A DNA stretch of 62,468 nt, filler included, from Chiloscyllium plagiosum (GCF_004010195.1; 4 parts of one record of this genome joined end to end with filler, not necessarily neighbours in it), one strand, 5' to 3'; shown: positions 25,756-37,876, numbered from the whole stretch's first letter. Program-made: numbers and translations. The notes: a model not told the origin generated them from the sequence alone.

Positions 25756-27479
25756 CCACAACAGGTTTGAAATGGAAACATTAGAAGATTTTGAAAGAAA
25801 ATGTCATGGGAACTTGAACTAAATAAACTTGCAGGCCTAGATGGATCAAGTAGAGAGTGGAACGAGCTGGATTACTCCATCAAGAGCTCATGTGGAGCCA
25901 ATTGGCTGAATGACCTCGTTCTGTGCCCTAATTGTCTCTGTCACTCTATATAATGTCACAATTTATATTGTACATGTTGAAAAATTGTGACTGTGGTACT
26001 AAAAGGTCCAGAAAAACCTGTGTCATAATATTGTTATCTACAATCACATCTGTTTTCTGAATACAGCTGTGACTGAGCAATAATAGTATTCCTAAGAGGG
26101 TCAGTGCATTTGGGGAATAAACCTGACTTGTAACATCACACAAATCCATTGTTGAAATTGCAGATAGTCCCACCGTGTGAAGTAATTATTACAACAGCTC
26201 TTCCTTACAGCACATCCTAGTAATGCTATCACACCTCAGAAGACACATATACATCACTGTAAAATAACAGATGGTGGAGAAGGTTAACCATTTCTGACTC
26301 CTGCAGTCAATGCACACATATACCCTCACACCATATGCTTTGCAAAGAGACACAAATGAATCTATACAAATGTTACACTATAAGTACATATGTCTATGCT
26401 TATTCCGATATTGACAGCATATGTGTAGCGGATGGATTCATGTTTGGAAACTGCTTCTGTTTTTGGATGGACTAGCATACGTTTGTTGTTCAGACCACTT
26501 AGACATTGCATTTCTGAGAGAATAGCTTGTTGTTGGGGCAGGGCAGAGGATCTGGAATGTTTCTTTCCAGCAATGCTTTAATGGATTATAGATTTGTTTC
26601 TTAATCCAATTGTGACATTACAGAGGGAATTTGATAAGCCTTTAAAAAAATGTTGAAAGACTCAGAGCAAAGGCAGAGGAATACAATAAGCATTCCATTC
26701 AGGGAAAAAGTGATGAATAGCAAGTATCTATACCAACATACCCACTAATTAGTATGATACAATTATTAGGTGTAAGGTATAAAGTGGAAATCAGTTCTAA
26801 CTTTTTCAGTATACTGCAAATTCACTAACAACGGTGTTTACTCATGGCACCCAAAAGGAGTAAATATTTATTTAAAGCTTCATTTTTCTAGTTAAAAATA
26901 GAACATACATTAATGTGGTTCAACCATAACACAGCTTTGCTTTTTTCAATCTCAACACCCACCCTATAACAGACATCCATAGTATTAATAAATGAGACTG
27001 GTATTTGCCTTATACTTTTTTGAACTGTAATCCCACATTTATCATTAAAGAGTAACTGTTCATATGGTAGTTTTTTAATGCTATTTTTAGGTCAAACACA
27101 ATATTGGAGAAATTCATAACTTTTAACCCTCTCATGGTTAAAAAACTAAAGTTGTTAGGATGAACTTCAGGAATCTCGTGAGTCATTTCTCTCCCATCTG
27201 ATCACCCCCAGTGCTGTACGAGCTGTGGAATTCAGGGATATGGAATCTCTCCGCACATTGTGTATCTAATATATAGTGAAAGGAGTTAATCAGCTGAATG
27301 CTGGTGAAAATTGGTTAAGAGTTGGGCAGTGATTGTACTACAAAGGAGACAACAGAAGGCTGCTTTTAAAAAAGGTAAAAACATTTGTTTAGGGTTTAAT
27401 TTATGTGGAGACAGGAAGAGTGGTAGAGCTAATCCCCTTCTGCTAGCATCAAGACTGTGGTTACAAGATTAGGACAGGA

Positions 27480-28430
27480 GTTAGAATCATAGAGACATAC
27501 AGCATGAAACAGTCCCTTTAGTCCAACTCATCCTTGCCGACCAAATATTCTATACTAATCTAGTCCCATTTTCCAGCATTTGGCCCATATCCCACTCAAC
27601 CCTTCTTGTTCATATACCCTTCCAGATGCCTTTTAAATGTTGCAATTGTACCAGTCTCCTTTGGTAGCTTGTTTCACACATGCATCACCCTCTGTGTGAA
27701 AAAGTAGCCCCTTTAGTCCCTTTAAAATCTTTTCCTTCTCACCTTAAACCTTTACTTTTGAACTCCCCTACCCTCGGTTATTCACCCTATCCCTCATGAC
27801 CGCTGGGGGACTCCACCAGAAAGTATCCATTCACCATTGAACTTAGTTTTCTGTCACTCAACAAATTTTCTATAGTTGCCCCTCATGATTTTATAAACTG
27901 CCATAAGGTCACCTCTCACCCCCAACCTTCCAGAGAAAATAGCCCTAGCCTATTTAGCCTCTCCCTATATTTCAAACCCTCCCACCTTAGCAACGTTCTT
28001 GTAAATCTTGTCTGAACCTTTTCAAGTTTCACAACATCTGTCCTATAGCAGGGAGAACAGATTTGAATGCAGTATTCCAAAAGTGGCCTAACCAATAGCC
28101 TGCAATATGACCTTCCAAATCTTATACTCAATGCACTGACCAATAAAGGCAAGTGGTTATATCAGAGTGGTGCTGGAAAAGCACAGCAGCTCAGGCAGCA
28201 TCCGAGGAGCAGGAAAATCGTCATTTTGGGCAAAAGTCCTTCATCAGGAATAAATCTCTCCACCCTGGAGGCTTCCTGCCTCTATTCCTGATCTAAACTC
28301 TGGTTTCCAGCATCTGCAGTCCTCACTTTTGCCTAATAAAGGCAAGTGTGCCATCACATTCTTCACTATCCTGTTTTTCTGCAACTCCACTTTCAAGGAA
28401 CCTATACTCTGAGACTCTTTATTCGGCAAC
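27480..28430 (-). mobile_element. CR1 LINE 3' fragment, interrupted by a PLE cassette
   Basis: ORF 27916-28152: LVRPLLEYCIQ..KLEKVQTRFTR..LGLFSLE. Confidence 0.85.
28156..28334. mobile_element. Inverted PLE-end cassette with 14-bp TSD
   Basis: aataaaggcaagtg at 28142-28155 and 28335-28348. Decayed minus-strand hammerhead at ~28220-28250. Confidence 0.85.
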
Positions 28431-28439
28431 AAATTGTAT

Positions 28440-29640
28440 TCTTTGCAAGAATTAGGACATAAGGAAAAATACAGGTTGATTAAGAAGAGCCATTTTCTAA
28501 AGGGAAATTGTATTTAACTAAGGAACTGAGAGTTTTTTGAAGAGGTAAGTGAAAAGGTTAATGAGGGTAGCACTTTTGACATGGTATTCAAGGATTTCCA
28601 GAAGATGTTTGATGCAATGCCTCACAACAGAGGAAATTTGTAGGTCATGGAATAAAAGGAACAGCAGCAACCATATAAAATTTGCTGAGTGACAGAAAAT
28701 TAAGTTCAATAGTGAATGGATACTTTCTAGTGGAGTTCCCCCGCGGTCCGCATGGGGACCCTTGTTTTTCCTGATATGTATTAATGATCTGGGTCTTGAT
28801 GTGCAGGGGACAGTTTCCAATTTACATACGACCATAAACTTGGAAGAACTGCAATCTGTTAGGAGGAGTTCTGAAAGGACATTGACAAGTTGGTGGAGTG
28901 GTGTGGGTGGGTAACAGTCGAGGTTCAATGCAGGGAAATTCAAAGTGAAGCACTTTAGTCTGAAGAACACTGAAAGACAATGCAAAATATGGAATGCCGT
29001 TCTAAAAACCGTACAGTAGCAGAGGGATCCAGGTGTATATGTGCACAGATCATTGAAGACAGCAGTACAGACGGAAAGAGCAATAAATAAAGCATACAGT
29101 ATCCTCAGCTTGTTTAATAGGGGCATACTTTCTCAGAGTAAGGAGGTGATGTTGAACTTAGACAGGACACTTATTCAAGCTCACCTGGAGTATAGAGTCC
29201 AGTTGTGGGTGCCACATTATAAGGATGGTATAAATGCACTGGAGAGAGAGTGCAGAAGCAATTGAATAGAATGACTCCCAGTATGAGGAACTTTAGCTGT
29301 GAGGATAGATTGAAGAAATTGGCTCTGTGTTCCCTGGAGAGAAGAAGGCTAAGAGGAGATCTGCTTGAGGTTTTTTCAAATCATCAGTAGGCTTGGCAGA
29401 GTACACAGACTAATGTTGTTTTCACTTGTAAAAGAAAGATGAATGACAGAGCAACACTTAAAATGATGTGCAAATGAAGAATGGGTGGTATGAGAATAAG
29501 CTTTTTCACACTGTGAATCGTTAGGGTATAGAATGCACTACCTGGATGGAGTTTCAACTGATGAATTCAGGAGGGCATTGGATGGTTATTTGGACAATAA
29601 TGGTGTGCAGGGATATAGGGAAGAGGCAGGAGAAGGCATG
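28440..29640 (+). mobile_element. Degenerate CR1 ORF2 RT fragment
   Basis: GVP..GPLFFLICINDL, VHRSLK, HLEYRVQLWVPHY. Confidence 0.85.
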
Positions 29641-30040
29641 ACCTGATCTGATCTGAGACTAAATACTTCTCCCTCACTCAGAAAGTTCAAAGCAAGAGGG
29701 TGAGGGCTCACAAATAAATCATCTGGATTATTGCAGCATTAAACACACACAAGGAATTCAATTTCATTAAGAGAGAGACAGAGCGTTCTGTTTTATCCTC
29801 ACTGCAGTTGCACCATGTGCTATCTATAGCATGGCCCATGCCAACTCGCCTATCTTATTGATAACACTTTCTAGTCTTGTGCCTCCCGCTCAAGAACAAT
29901 AACAGTCCTGTGCAGAGGATACCAACTGCCAGCTCTTCTCCAAGTCACAAGTCCTCCACTCACACCCATGATGTCTATATCTCAATAAATATATGCCAAG
30001 AGGAATCACTAAACTCATCACTCGACTAATCCTCACTGTG

Positions 30041-30273
30041 TCGAGAGTGTGGTGCTGGAAAAGCACAGCAGGTCAGTCAGCATCCAAGGAGCAAGAGATT
30101 CGACATTTTGGGCATAAACCCTTCATCAGGAATGAGGAATGTCATTCCTGATGAAAGGCTTCTGCCCGAAACGTTGATTTCCCTACTCCTTGGATGCTGC
30201 CTGATCTGTTGTGTTTTTCCAGCACCACTCTCTCAACTCTGATCTCCAGCAAATGCTGTCCTCACTTTCTCTA
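30041..30273. mobile_element. Palindromic PLE-end cassette with two opposed decayed hammerheads and 13-bp TSD
   Basis: aatcctcactgtg at 30028-30040 and 30274-30286. Minus core ~30101-30134, plus core ~30143-30179. Confidence 0.9.
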
Positions 30274-30699
30274 AATCCTCACTGTGGGTTTATACCCCAG
30301 CTGAAGACTTGAATTGAACGCTGCTCCATGTACTAACATGTATTCATTGAATATCATAGCTTAAAATTAAACATAGTGTGAAAACAATTACATTTTTAAA
30401 CAAATAATTAATTTGATAGAGATAATTATAGAGCTGCTTAGCAATTTGAGCAACATATAGTTAGTAGGCAGAGTTACTTAACAAAATGGATTGTAGGTTA
30501 TATTAAACCAATTACCAGTGAAAAAATCTGATTGTAAGTATTCAAAAGTGACTCTTCGTTTCGGCTTTATTTGTAAACATTTTTTTCAATTCTGAAGCAT
30601 TAGTATTGGAAGCTTCTTGATGTATAGTTTAAACATAATTATTACTGAGGCAATTCAATGAATCACTATAATTCAACATTAACTATTAATTGTGGAAAG

Positions 30700-31270
30700 A
30701 AGTTGTGATGGGAAAGAGATTCTTAAGTGTGCTCAAAAGGATATTTTTAATCGATATGTTTCCAGCCTAATGAGGAAGGAGGCACGGCCTGATCTAATTC
30801 TGGGGAAGGAAGTGGGTCAAATAAATTAAGCACCAGTTAGGGAATTTTCCGTGAAATGATTATAGTGACATAAGATTTCAATTAGCCATGGAAACAGACA
30901 ATGAAAAATCCAGAATAAAAAAATTAAGTTGGAATTGGGCCAATTTCAGTGTAGTGGAAGTTAACACACCTTTTGTATTTAAGAATAAAGGCTTGGCAGG
31001 AAATCTGAACAGGAACAAATGGACTGCCTTTAAAAACTAGGTGGTTTAGCAATGATTGAAGTTCATTTCCCACAGGTGAATGTAGGGAAACTGGATGATG
31101 GAAAAGGTAAGTTAAGGAGAAATATCAGCATATGAAAAATACCAGGTTGATAATGCAAATGACAGCCAGTCTGAATACACAAGGTAAGATTATACAGAAT
31201 TAGGGGTAATATATTAGCTTATGTAGAGGATTGGCTAAGCAACAGAAAGCAGAGAGTCTGGATACATGGG
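30700..31270 (+). mobile_element. Degenerate CR1 fragments
   Basis: FLKC..DLILG-type endonuclease-end remnant and a WLSNRKQRV remnant (~31232-31258). Confidence 0.6.
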
Positions 31271-31464
31271 TCGGGGAGACCAAATGTATATGAGGGAATG
31301 GTCCGCTAAGCATCTCAGCTGAGCCCACGGGAGCTGACTGGAACTCCCAGTCACCGCCCTTTTTAATTCGAGGAGAAAGTGAGGTCTGCAGATGCTGGAG
31401 ATCAAAGTTGAAACTTTATTGCTGGAACAGCACAGCAGGTCAGGCAGCATCCAGGGAACAGGAG

Positions 31465-31500
31465 ATTCGACGTTTCGGGCACAGGCCCTTCTTCAGGAAT
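31465..31500 (-). ncRNA. Minimal type I hammerhead ribozyme, family A (perfect)
   Basis: Reverse complement reads ATTC CTGAAGA A GGGC CTGT GCCC GAAAC GTC GAAT. Confidence 0.85.
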
Positions 31501-31767
31501 GAGCAGAGAGTGTTCAGCAGGAGAAGATAAAAGGTAGGGAGGAGGGACTTGGAGGAGGGGAGTTGGAAATGTGATAGGTGGAAAGAGGTCAAGGTGAGGG
31601 TGATAGAAAGGAGTAGGATGGAGGCGGAGAGGTCAACAAGAAGACTGCAGGTCAGGAAGGCGACGTGGTCGACGGTGCCCTCCACCGCATCTCCTCCACT
31701 TCCAACTCCCCTCCTCCAAGTCCCTCCTCCCTACCTTTTATCTTCTCCTGCTGAACACTCTCTGCTC

Positions 31768-31803
31768 ATTCCTGAAGAAGGGCCTGTGCCCGAAACGTCG
31801 AAT
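31768..31803 (+). ncRNA. Minimal type I hammerhead ribozyme, family A (perfect)
   Basis: Stem I ATTC/GAAT, core CTGAAGA (31772-31778), stem II GGGC/GCCC, GAAA, palindromic ACGT stem III. Predicted cleavage after GUC at 31799. Confidence 0.85.
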
Positions 31804-32067
31804 CTCCTGTTCCCTGGATGCTGCCTGACCTGCTGTGCTGTTCCAGCAATAAAGTTTCAACTTTGATATCCAAATGAATCCAACAAGAACTGGACCAAGC
31901 ATATGTGGTACTCATAATCTTCTTCATCCTAAGTATACGCATGATTTTACTACAACTGCTAAGTATTTCATCAGTAATATTTTCAGCAACATAACACAAA
32001 ACATCGCAGATAAGAAAAACTGCAGCATATTAACATGCCAAATTTCCCCTAAAGTAAATGCATTAAT

Positions 32068-32829
32068 GTCCTGGTGGCGGTTGGAGGGGCGGGGCTCAAG
32101 GGCGGAGGAGCGGGAAGTGGAGGAGATGCGGTGGAGGGCACCGTCGACCACGTCGGGGGGGGAAATTGCGGTCCTTGAAGAAGGAGGCCATCTGTGTTGT
32201 ACGTATTTTGAACTGGTCCTCCTGGGAGCAGATGCGGCGGATCTGCTTTAATTCCCCTATCTAATCCCTTTCCGACATGACCACCTTTGGTCTCCTCCAT
32301 TGCCACAACGAATTAAACTGCAAATTGGAGGAGCAACACCTCATTTTCCGCCTGGAAAGCCTACAGCCTAACGGACTCAACACTGAGTTCTCCAATTTCA
32401 AATAACCTCCCTCCCTATCCCACAATTTCCTTCCCTACCCCTCCCCCACCCTTTCACTCCTCCCTGCCACCAACTGGATTTAGTCCTCCCATTGACCAAT
32501 CAGGTCATCCCCTCTACGTGTCTTCACCTATCCCCAATACACCCTGCCCCTGCCACCAACCTTATCTGCAGCTCCCCCTGCACCCACCGCCAGTCCTGAA
32601 GAAGGGGTCCACTCAAAATGTCAACTTCTCCACTCCTGATGCTGCCTGGTTTGCTGTGTTCTTACAACCTCCTGCCTGACATCTTTCTGGTTGACAAGGA
32701 ATCCTGATGAAGGGCTTATACCCGAAATGTTGATTCTGCTGATCATCGGATGCTGCCTGACCTGCTGTACTTTTCCAGCACTACACTCTCGAATCTGATC
32801 TCCAGCATCTGCAGTCCTCACTTTCTCCT
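32068..32829. mobile_element. Cluster of PLE fragments (minus-strand RT piece, plus-strand GIY-YIG end and two terminal repeats)
   Basis: 32068-32241 matches 22952-23120 in reverse. KLEEQHLIFRL at ~32322-32354. Decayed hammerheads at ~32596 and ~32704. Confidence 0.8.
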
Positions 32830-32935
32830 TGTAACTGCTGGGGTGTCACAGGGTTCGATCCTTGGGCCCCACCAGTGTCAATAATTGGTATTAATGACAT
32901 GGATGCAGGGATGGAATGTATCATGGCTACAAGAT

Positions 32936-33295
32936 TGTAGTGGTTGGAACCGGGGTGACCTTGTTAACTACAGTTTTCTAGATTGTGAGCCAATCAGGAA
33001 AGCCTTGGTTGACCAATATAACCAGGAGAAAAATAAGCACTATAGCAGTTAGGCAGTAGTGTAGGAGTAAGGAAAAAAAATAAATAGGGATATAGAATTG
33101 CCTTAGTTCAGGAACTGACTCCGAGCTGGCTGGTGCCACTTTTAGGATGTTAAAAACAAAATATATATATAAAATCAGGAGATTAGAATTTCCTCAGTTG
33201 AGGATTGACTCTGAGCTGGCTGGCCATAGCCAGTCTATTGTGAGCTAGTAAGGGATGACGTAGTGACGGGACCCAGCCTCTCTGCAGCTGTTTCA
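32936..33295 (+). mobile_element. Probable Gypsy-type solo LTR within CR1 remnants
   Basis: TG...CA termini (tgtagtgg / ctgtttca), flanks aagat and gagat, CCAAT boxes, and an internal repeated gactc.gagctggctgg. Confidence 0.55.
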
Positions 33296-34200
33296 GAGAT
33301 ATGTTTGAATTAAAAAAGATGCTAAAAAGGGTTGACAAAGTAGACATAGGGAGTTTGTTTCACCATATGCAGCAATCTAGGATGAGAGGTCATTGTTTTA
33401 GGTTAATGGGTGACAGATTTAAAACAGAAATAAGGAGGAATTCCATGTATCAAAGGGTTGTGATTATATGGAATTCATTGCCCCAGAGTGTGCTGGATGA
33501 CGAAGTAAGTTTAAGGAGGAGATAGATAGTGTTTTAATTAGTAACGAGTTAAAGGGTTATGTGGTGTTGGCAAGAAAGTGGAACTAGGGCAGAGATGAGG
33601 TCAGCCATGATTACAGAGCAGGCTCAAAGGAAAACTAGATTGATATCTCTGCAAGTCTGGAAGAATGAAGATGACCTCATTGAAATTTATACAATTCTTA
33701 CAGTGTGTGATGAGATGGAGGTAAATATGATGTTTCCCCTGTCCGGTGATTCACCTGTTCTTAAGCAAGGGGTTGAGTTGTTTACTAAGGAAAATGTGGA
33801 GGTGAGGTTACAATCAGATTCACCATGATCTTATTGAACAACAGAGCTAGCTCGAAGGGTAGAATGGTCTTGTCCTGCTTCTACTTTGTGTGAGTGCATG
33901 CATGGTGACTCCAGAGGCAGGGTGCATAATCTTGGGCTGAGGGGCAGGCCTTTTAAAACTGAGATAAAGGTTAATTTCTTCATGCGGATTGTGGTAGATA
34001 TTTGTAATTGCCCACCATAGACTGTTGTTGAAGCTCAGTCACAAAGTAAGTCCATGCGAGAATTGAAAGTTTACTGGAAAAGTAATGACATTATAAGATA
34101 TGGAGATAATGTGGGAAATTGTATTGAGGGGATGGTCAGCCATGATCTAGAATAACGCTGCAGTATCAATAGACTGAATGGTTTATCCCTGTTCCTACAA
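33296..34200 (+). mobile_element. Several CR1 3' end fragments
   Basis: RGHCFRL..QRVVIIWNSLPQ and DLIEIYTIL motifs. Confidence 0.8.
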
Positions 34201-34320
34201 CTCTCTTGTCTTTCCATAATCTATCTAATTCTATATTTAATAAGTTCAAAGTTTGTGAGAAGGTTTGTAGCTCGGGTGCTCGTTGTTATGGTTCTGTTCG
34301 CCGAGCTGGGAATTTGTGTT

Positions 34321-34360
34321 GCAGACGTTTCGTCCCCTGTCTAGGTGACATCCTCAGTGC
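34321..34360 (-). ncRNA. Minimal type I hammerhead ribozyme, family B (Poseidon-like PLE), intact
   Basis: Reverse complement reads GCA CTGAGGA T GTCACCT agac AGGGGAC GAAAC GTC TGC. Stem I is GCA/TGC. Confidence 0.8.
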
Positions 34361-35757
34361 TTGAGAGACTCCTGTGAAGCGCTTCTGTGATGTTTCCTCC
34401 GGCATTTATAGTGGTTTGAATCTGCTGCTTTCGGTTGCTTGTCAGCTGCGTGTGTGGCTACTAAGGATAGCTGGTTGTGTCGTTTCGTGGCTAGTTAGTG
34501 CTCATGGATGCAGATCATTAGCTGTCTTCCTGTTTGTCCTATGTAATGTTTTGTGCAGTCCTTGCAAGGGATTTTGTACACTACATTGGTTTTGCTCATG
34601 CTGGATATCGGGTCCTTTGTCCTGGTGAGTTGTTGTCGGAGAGTGGCTGTCGGTTTGTGTGCTGTTATGAGTCCTAGTGGTCGCAGTAGTCTGGCTATCA
34701 GTTCGGAAATGCTCTTGATGTATGGTAGTGTGGCTAGTCCTTTGGGTTGTGGCATGTCCTTGTTCCGTTGTCTTTACCTTAGGTATCTGTTGATGAAGTT
34801 GCGGGGGTATCCGTTTTTGGCGAATACATAGTATAGGTGTTCTTCTTCCTCTTTTTGCAGTTCTGGTGTACTGCAGTGTGTTGTGGCACTTTTGAATAGT
34901 GTCTTGATGCAACTTCTTTTGTGTGTGTTGGGTGGTTGCTTTCGTAGTTTAGGACTTGGTCTGTGTGTGTGGCTTTCCTGTATACCTTTGAGGTGAATTC
35001 TCCATTCGGTGTTCTCTGTACCATCATGTCTAGGAATGGGAGTTGGTTGTCCTTTTCTTCCTCTCTAGTGAGTGTGGCGTTGATGATCCGGTGTGTGTTC
35101 TCTATTTCTGTGTTGTTAATGATTACAAAGCTGTCATCCACGTATCTGACCCAGAGTTTGGGTTGAATTTGCGGTAAGACTGTTTGTTCTAATCAAACTA
35201 CTGGACCTGTGCTTCACAACACACTTCACATTTAACAACCAAATATATGAACAAATCAACGGCACACCCATGGGGTCACCCATCTCTGGACTAATAGCAG
35301 AAGCGGTAATGCAAAGATTAGAACAAACAGTGTTACCGCAAATTCAACCCAAACTCTGAGTCAGATATGTAGATGACACCTTTGAGAGGAAGAAAAGGAC
35401 AACCAACTCCCATTCCTAGATGTGATAGTACAGAGAACACCGAACGGAGAATTCACCACAAAGGTATACAGGAAAGCCACACACACAGACCAAGTCCTGA
35501 ACTACGAAAGCAAACACCTCAACACATACAAAAGAAGTTGCATCAAGATACTATTCAAAAGGGCTACAACACACTGCAGTACACCAGAACTGCAAAAAGA
35601 GGAAGCAGAACACCTATACAATATATTTGCCAAACTCTGGACCCAATATACCGACCACTGCAACAGACAGCTGGAACTGACAGCCGGAAGCGGCAGATTC
35701 TAACCATTACAAATGCCGGAGGAAACATCACAGAAGCGCTTCACAGGAGGCTCCCAA

Positions 35758-35797
35758 GCACTGAGGATGTCACCTAGACAGGGGACGAAACTTCTGC
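35758..35797 (+). ncRNA. Hammerhead family B, mutated stem III
   Basis: GCA CTGAGGA T GTCACCT agac AGGGGAC GAAAC tTC TGC. Confidence 0.6.
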
Positions 35798-35906
35798 AAC
35801 ACAAATTCCCAGCTCGGCGAACAGAACCAAAACATTTAATAAGTTTAATGACACAGCCTTTGGTGTTTTCTGAGGAAGAGAATTCCATAGACTAACAACA
35901 GTTTGA

Positions 35907-36065
35907 CTCGGCGAAAATGAGTATTGCAGATGCTGGAGATCAGAGTCAAGATTAGAGTGTGCTGATCCAACCTGGTGAAGGGCTTTTGCCTGAAACGTTG
36001 ATTTTTCTGCTCCTCGGTGGCTGCCTGTCCTGCTGTGCTTTTCTAGCACCACTCTAATCTAGACT
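35907..36065. mobile_element. Older inverted PLE-end cassette with 15-bp TSD (one mismatch)
   Basis: ctaacaacagtttga (35892-35906) and ctaacaatagtttga (36066-36080). Decayed core ctggtgaagggcttttgcctgaaacgtt. Confidence 0.8.
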
Positions 36066-36084
36066 CTAACAATAGTTTGAGAAA

Positions 36085-36560
36085 AACAGAATTCTCCTGT
36101 CATAAATCCAGGATAGTATATTCTTAAATTGTATTCCTTAGTTCTAGTCTCTCCAATAAGGGGATTCATCCTTTCACAATACACACTGTCAAGTCCCCTC
36201 AGGGTCTTTATAATATATATAAACACCTCCCATTCTTCTAAACTTTAATGGGTAAGTGCCCAACCTGTTCAACCTCTCCTCATGGGATAAGGAATGAGAC
36301 ACGTAAATGTTATCTGAACTGTTTATAACACATTCATCTTATTTTTCAAATAAGGAGCCCCTGTTCTCCATATTGGTCTCACCAAGGCCCCATATTTCTG
36401 CAATTAACCTTCCTACTTTTACATTCCATTCTGCTTACAATTAACATCAAAATTCCATTTTCCTCCCTAATCACCCGCTATGTTTACATTTTTGTGATTC
36501 ATATAGCGGGACATCCAGATTTCTCTTTATTTCTGAGTTATATAATCTCTCTCCTTTTAA
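36085..36560 (-). mobile_element. Degenerate CR1 fragment
   Basis: ttcttctaaact, ggtctcaccaagg and tccattctgcttacaattaac are reverse-complement CR1 ORF2 end remnants. Confidence 0.6.
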
Positions 36561-36588
36561 ATAGTACATTGTTGTTCTGCTCCTCTGG

Positions 36589-36775
36589 TTAGAAGTCACC
36601 AGGTTGTAGTCCAACAGGTTTATTTGAAGTCACAAGCTTTTGGAGCGCTGGTCCTTCATCAGGTGATGCCCAAAAAGTTGTGATTTTAAATATACCTGTT
36701 GAACTATAATCTGATGTTGTGTGACTTTTCTGAACTTGTCCACTCCAAACCAATGCCGGCATCTCCACATACATT
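36589..36775. mobile_element. Palindromic terminal cassette of a third PLE family, with decayed hammerhead (family C)
   Basis: Arms caggttgtagtccaacaggtttattt and aaatatacctgttgaactataatctg. Minus core TCAC CTGATGA A GGAccagcgcTCC (A)AAA GCTT GTGA at 36630-36666. Confidence 0.7.
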
Positions 36776-37314
36776 CTTCCTGTCAAAGTGAATGGGTGCA
36801 CATGTTCCCACACCGTATTCAGTTTGTTTGCTCTTTCACAACTTATCTGTCTCCTTTTGTACATTCTCCATCTCTGTTTGAGAATGTATTTTCTTACCTC
36901 AGTATCATCTAGCTCCTGTGGAGTCAGTGCTCACTTCCATTTTGTGAATAGTTGAGGCCAGCACTGGTTCCTGTGATAACCAGTGAAAGTTTGCCAATCT
37001 GAAAAAGACCTAGTTATTTCTCCTGTTTGCTCTTTCTTAACTAATCAATCCTTTATTTGTGGTAATATTTTACCCCTTACACCATGATGTCTTAACAATT
37101 AAGTACCCATTGAATTACTGCATACAACCTTGGTCAAAAAATTATCTGTTGAGGTCAAACAAGCAATAAGCAATGATTGTAACAATTTGACCCCACCTGG
37201 CATTCTTCTTAAGCTACGTATACCAAAAGAGCTTCAATGTAATGTAGCTAAGATTAAATCTAGAAAACAGCTCACAAGACATAACACTGACAGCCACATG
37301 AGTTGTGATAAGTC

Positions 37315-37549
37315 TGTGGTAAGTCAAGTCATTATAATCTTACCTGATCTAAGGGCTGCTTTCTCTTTAGAAAGAGACAGACAACTGGTGGTGATGTATC
37401 CTGAGGGCCACCACACCTCTAGCAAGGGGAGAGGTTGAGAAGGAGAGCGCTTCGTCTTAACTTTGCCAGCATGGAAATTGAATCTATGCTGTTGGCATTA
37501 CGTTGCCTCACCAGCCAGCGATCCAGCCAACTGAATTAAACCAATCCCC
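37315..37549 (-). mobile_element. Third tRNA-derived SINE family
   Basis: The minus strand starts ggggattggtttaattcagttgg (A-box-like) with gattcaatttcc (B-box-like). Possible TSD tgtgataag at 37304-37312 and 37555-37563. Confidence 0.6.
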
Positions 37550-37876
37550 ATGCATGTGATAAGAATGGGCACAAACAGAAAAAGAGAAACTGTGCTGAGG
37601 AGTTGAACAATGGAAATATACATAGAAGAGCCTCAACTTCAATGGAACAGTGACAGAGATAGCATCATTCCAATTTGTGTCTCACGTTTTAAGTAATGGA
37701 GACATGATGGAAAATAGTATATATAAATCTGCAGTCGTGAGCTGAGTAACAATACATTGGTCTGTTATTCCACAATCACACAGAGAGCTGTGAGTAATAC
37801 TCTTGATGAAGCTCCAGCACTCTGAGTCTATGGTGTGATTACTTCGAACTAAGTGGAACCAGAAGACCTAACAGTC

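Larger units (their letters stand above)
31371..31867. mobile_element. Young inverted pair of Neptune-like PLE 3' ends
   Basis: The arms (~31400-31570 and ~31697-31867) are near-perfect reverse complements, each carrying an intact hammerhead. Confidence 0.9.
34247..35833. mobile_element. Poseidon-like PLE insertion with inverted bipartite structure and 12-bp TSD
   Basis: atttaataagtt at 34235-34246 and 35834-35845. Minus arm (~34247-35192) encodes RYVDD..LPFLD..YRKATHT and the GIY-YIG NVVYKIPCKDC..YIGQTGR. Plus arm encodes GTPMGSPISGLIAE. Confidence 0.95.

Noticed and set aside
28518..29126. 202-aa minus-strand ORF
   Set aside because: It is antisense to a decayed CR1 RT fragment and has no recognisable domain.
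31661..31702. PLE RT snippet in the centre of the inverted pair, matching 32112-32155 in reverse
   Set aside because: Near-identical short patches of a high-copy repeat are as likely to be local misassembly as biology. This cannot be resolved without reads.
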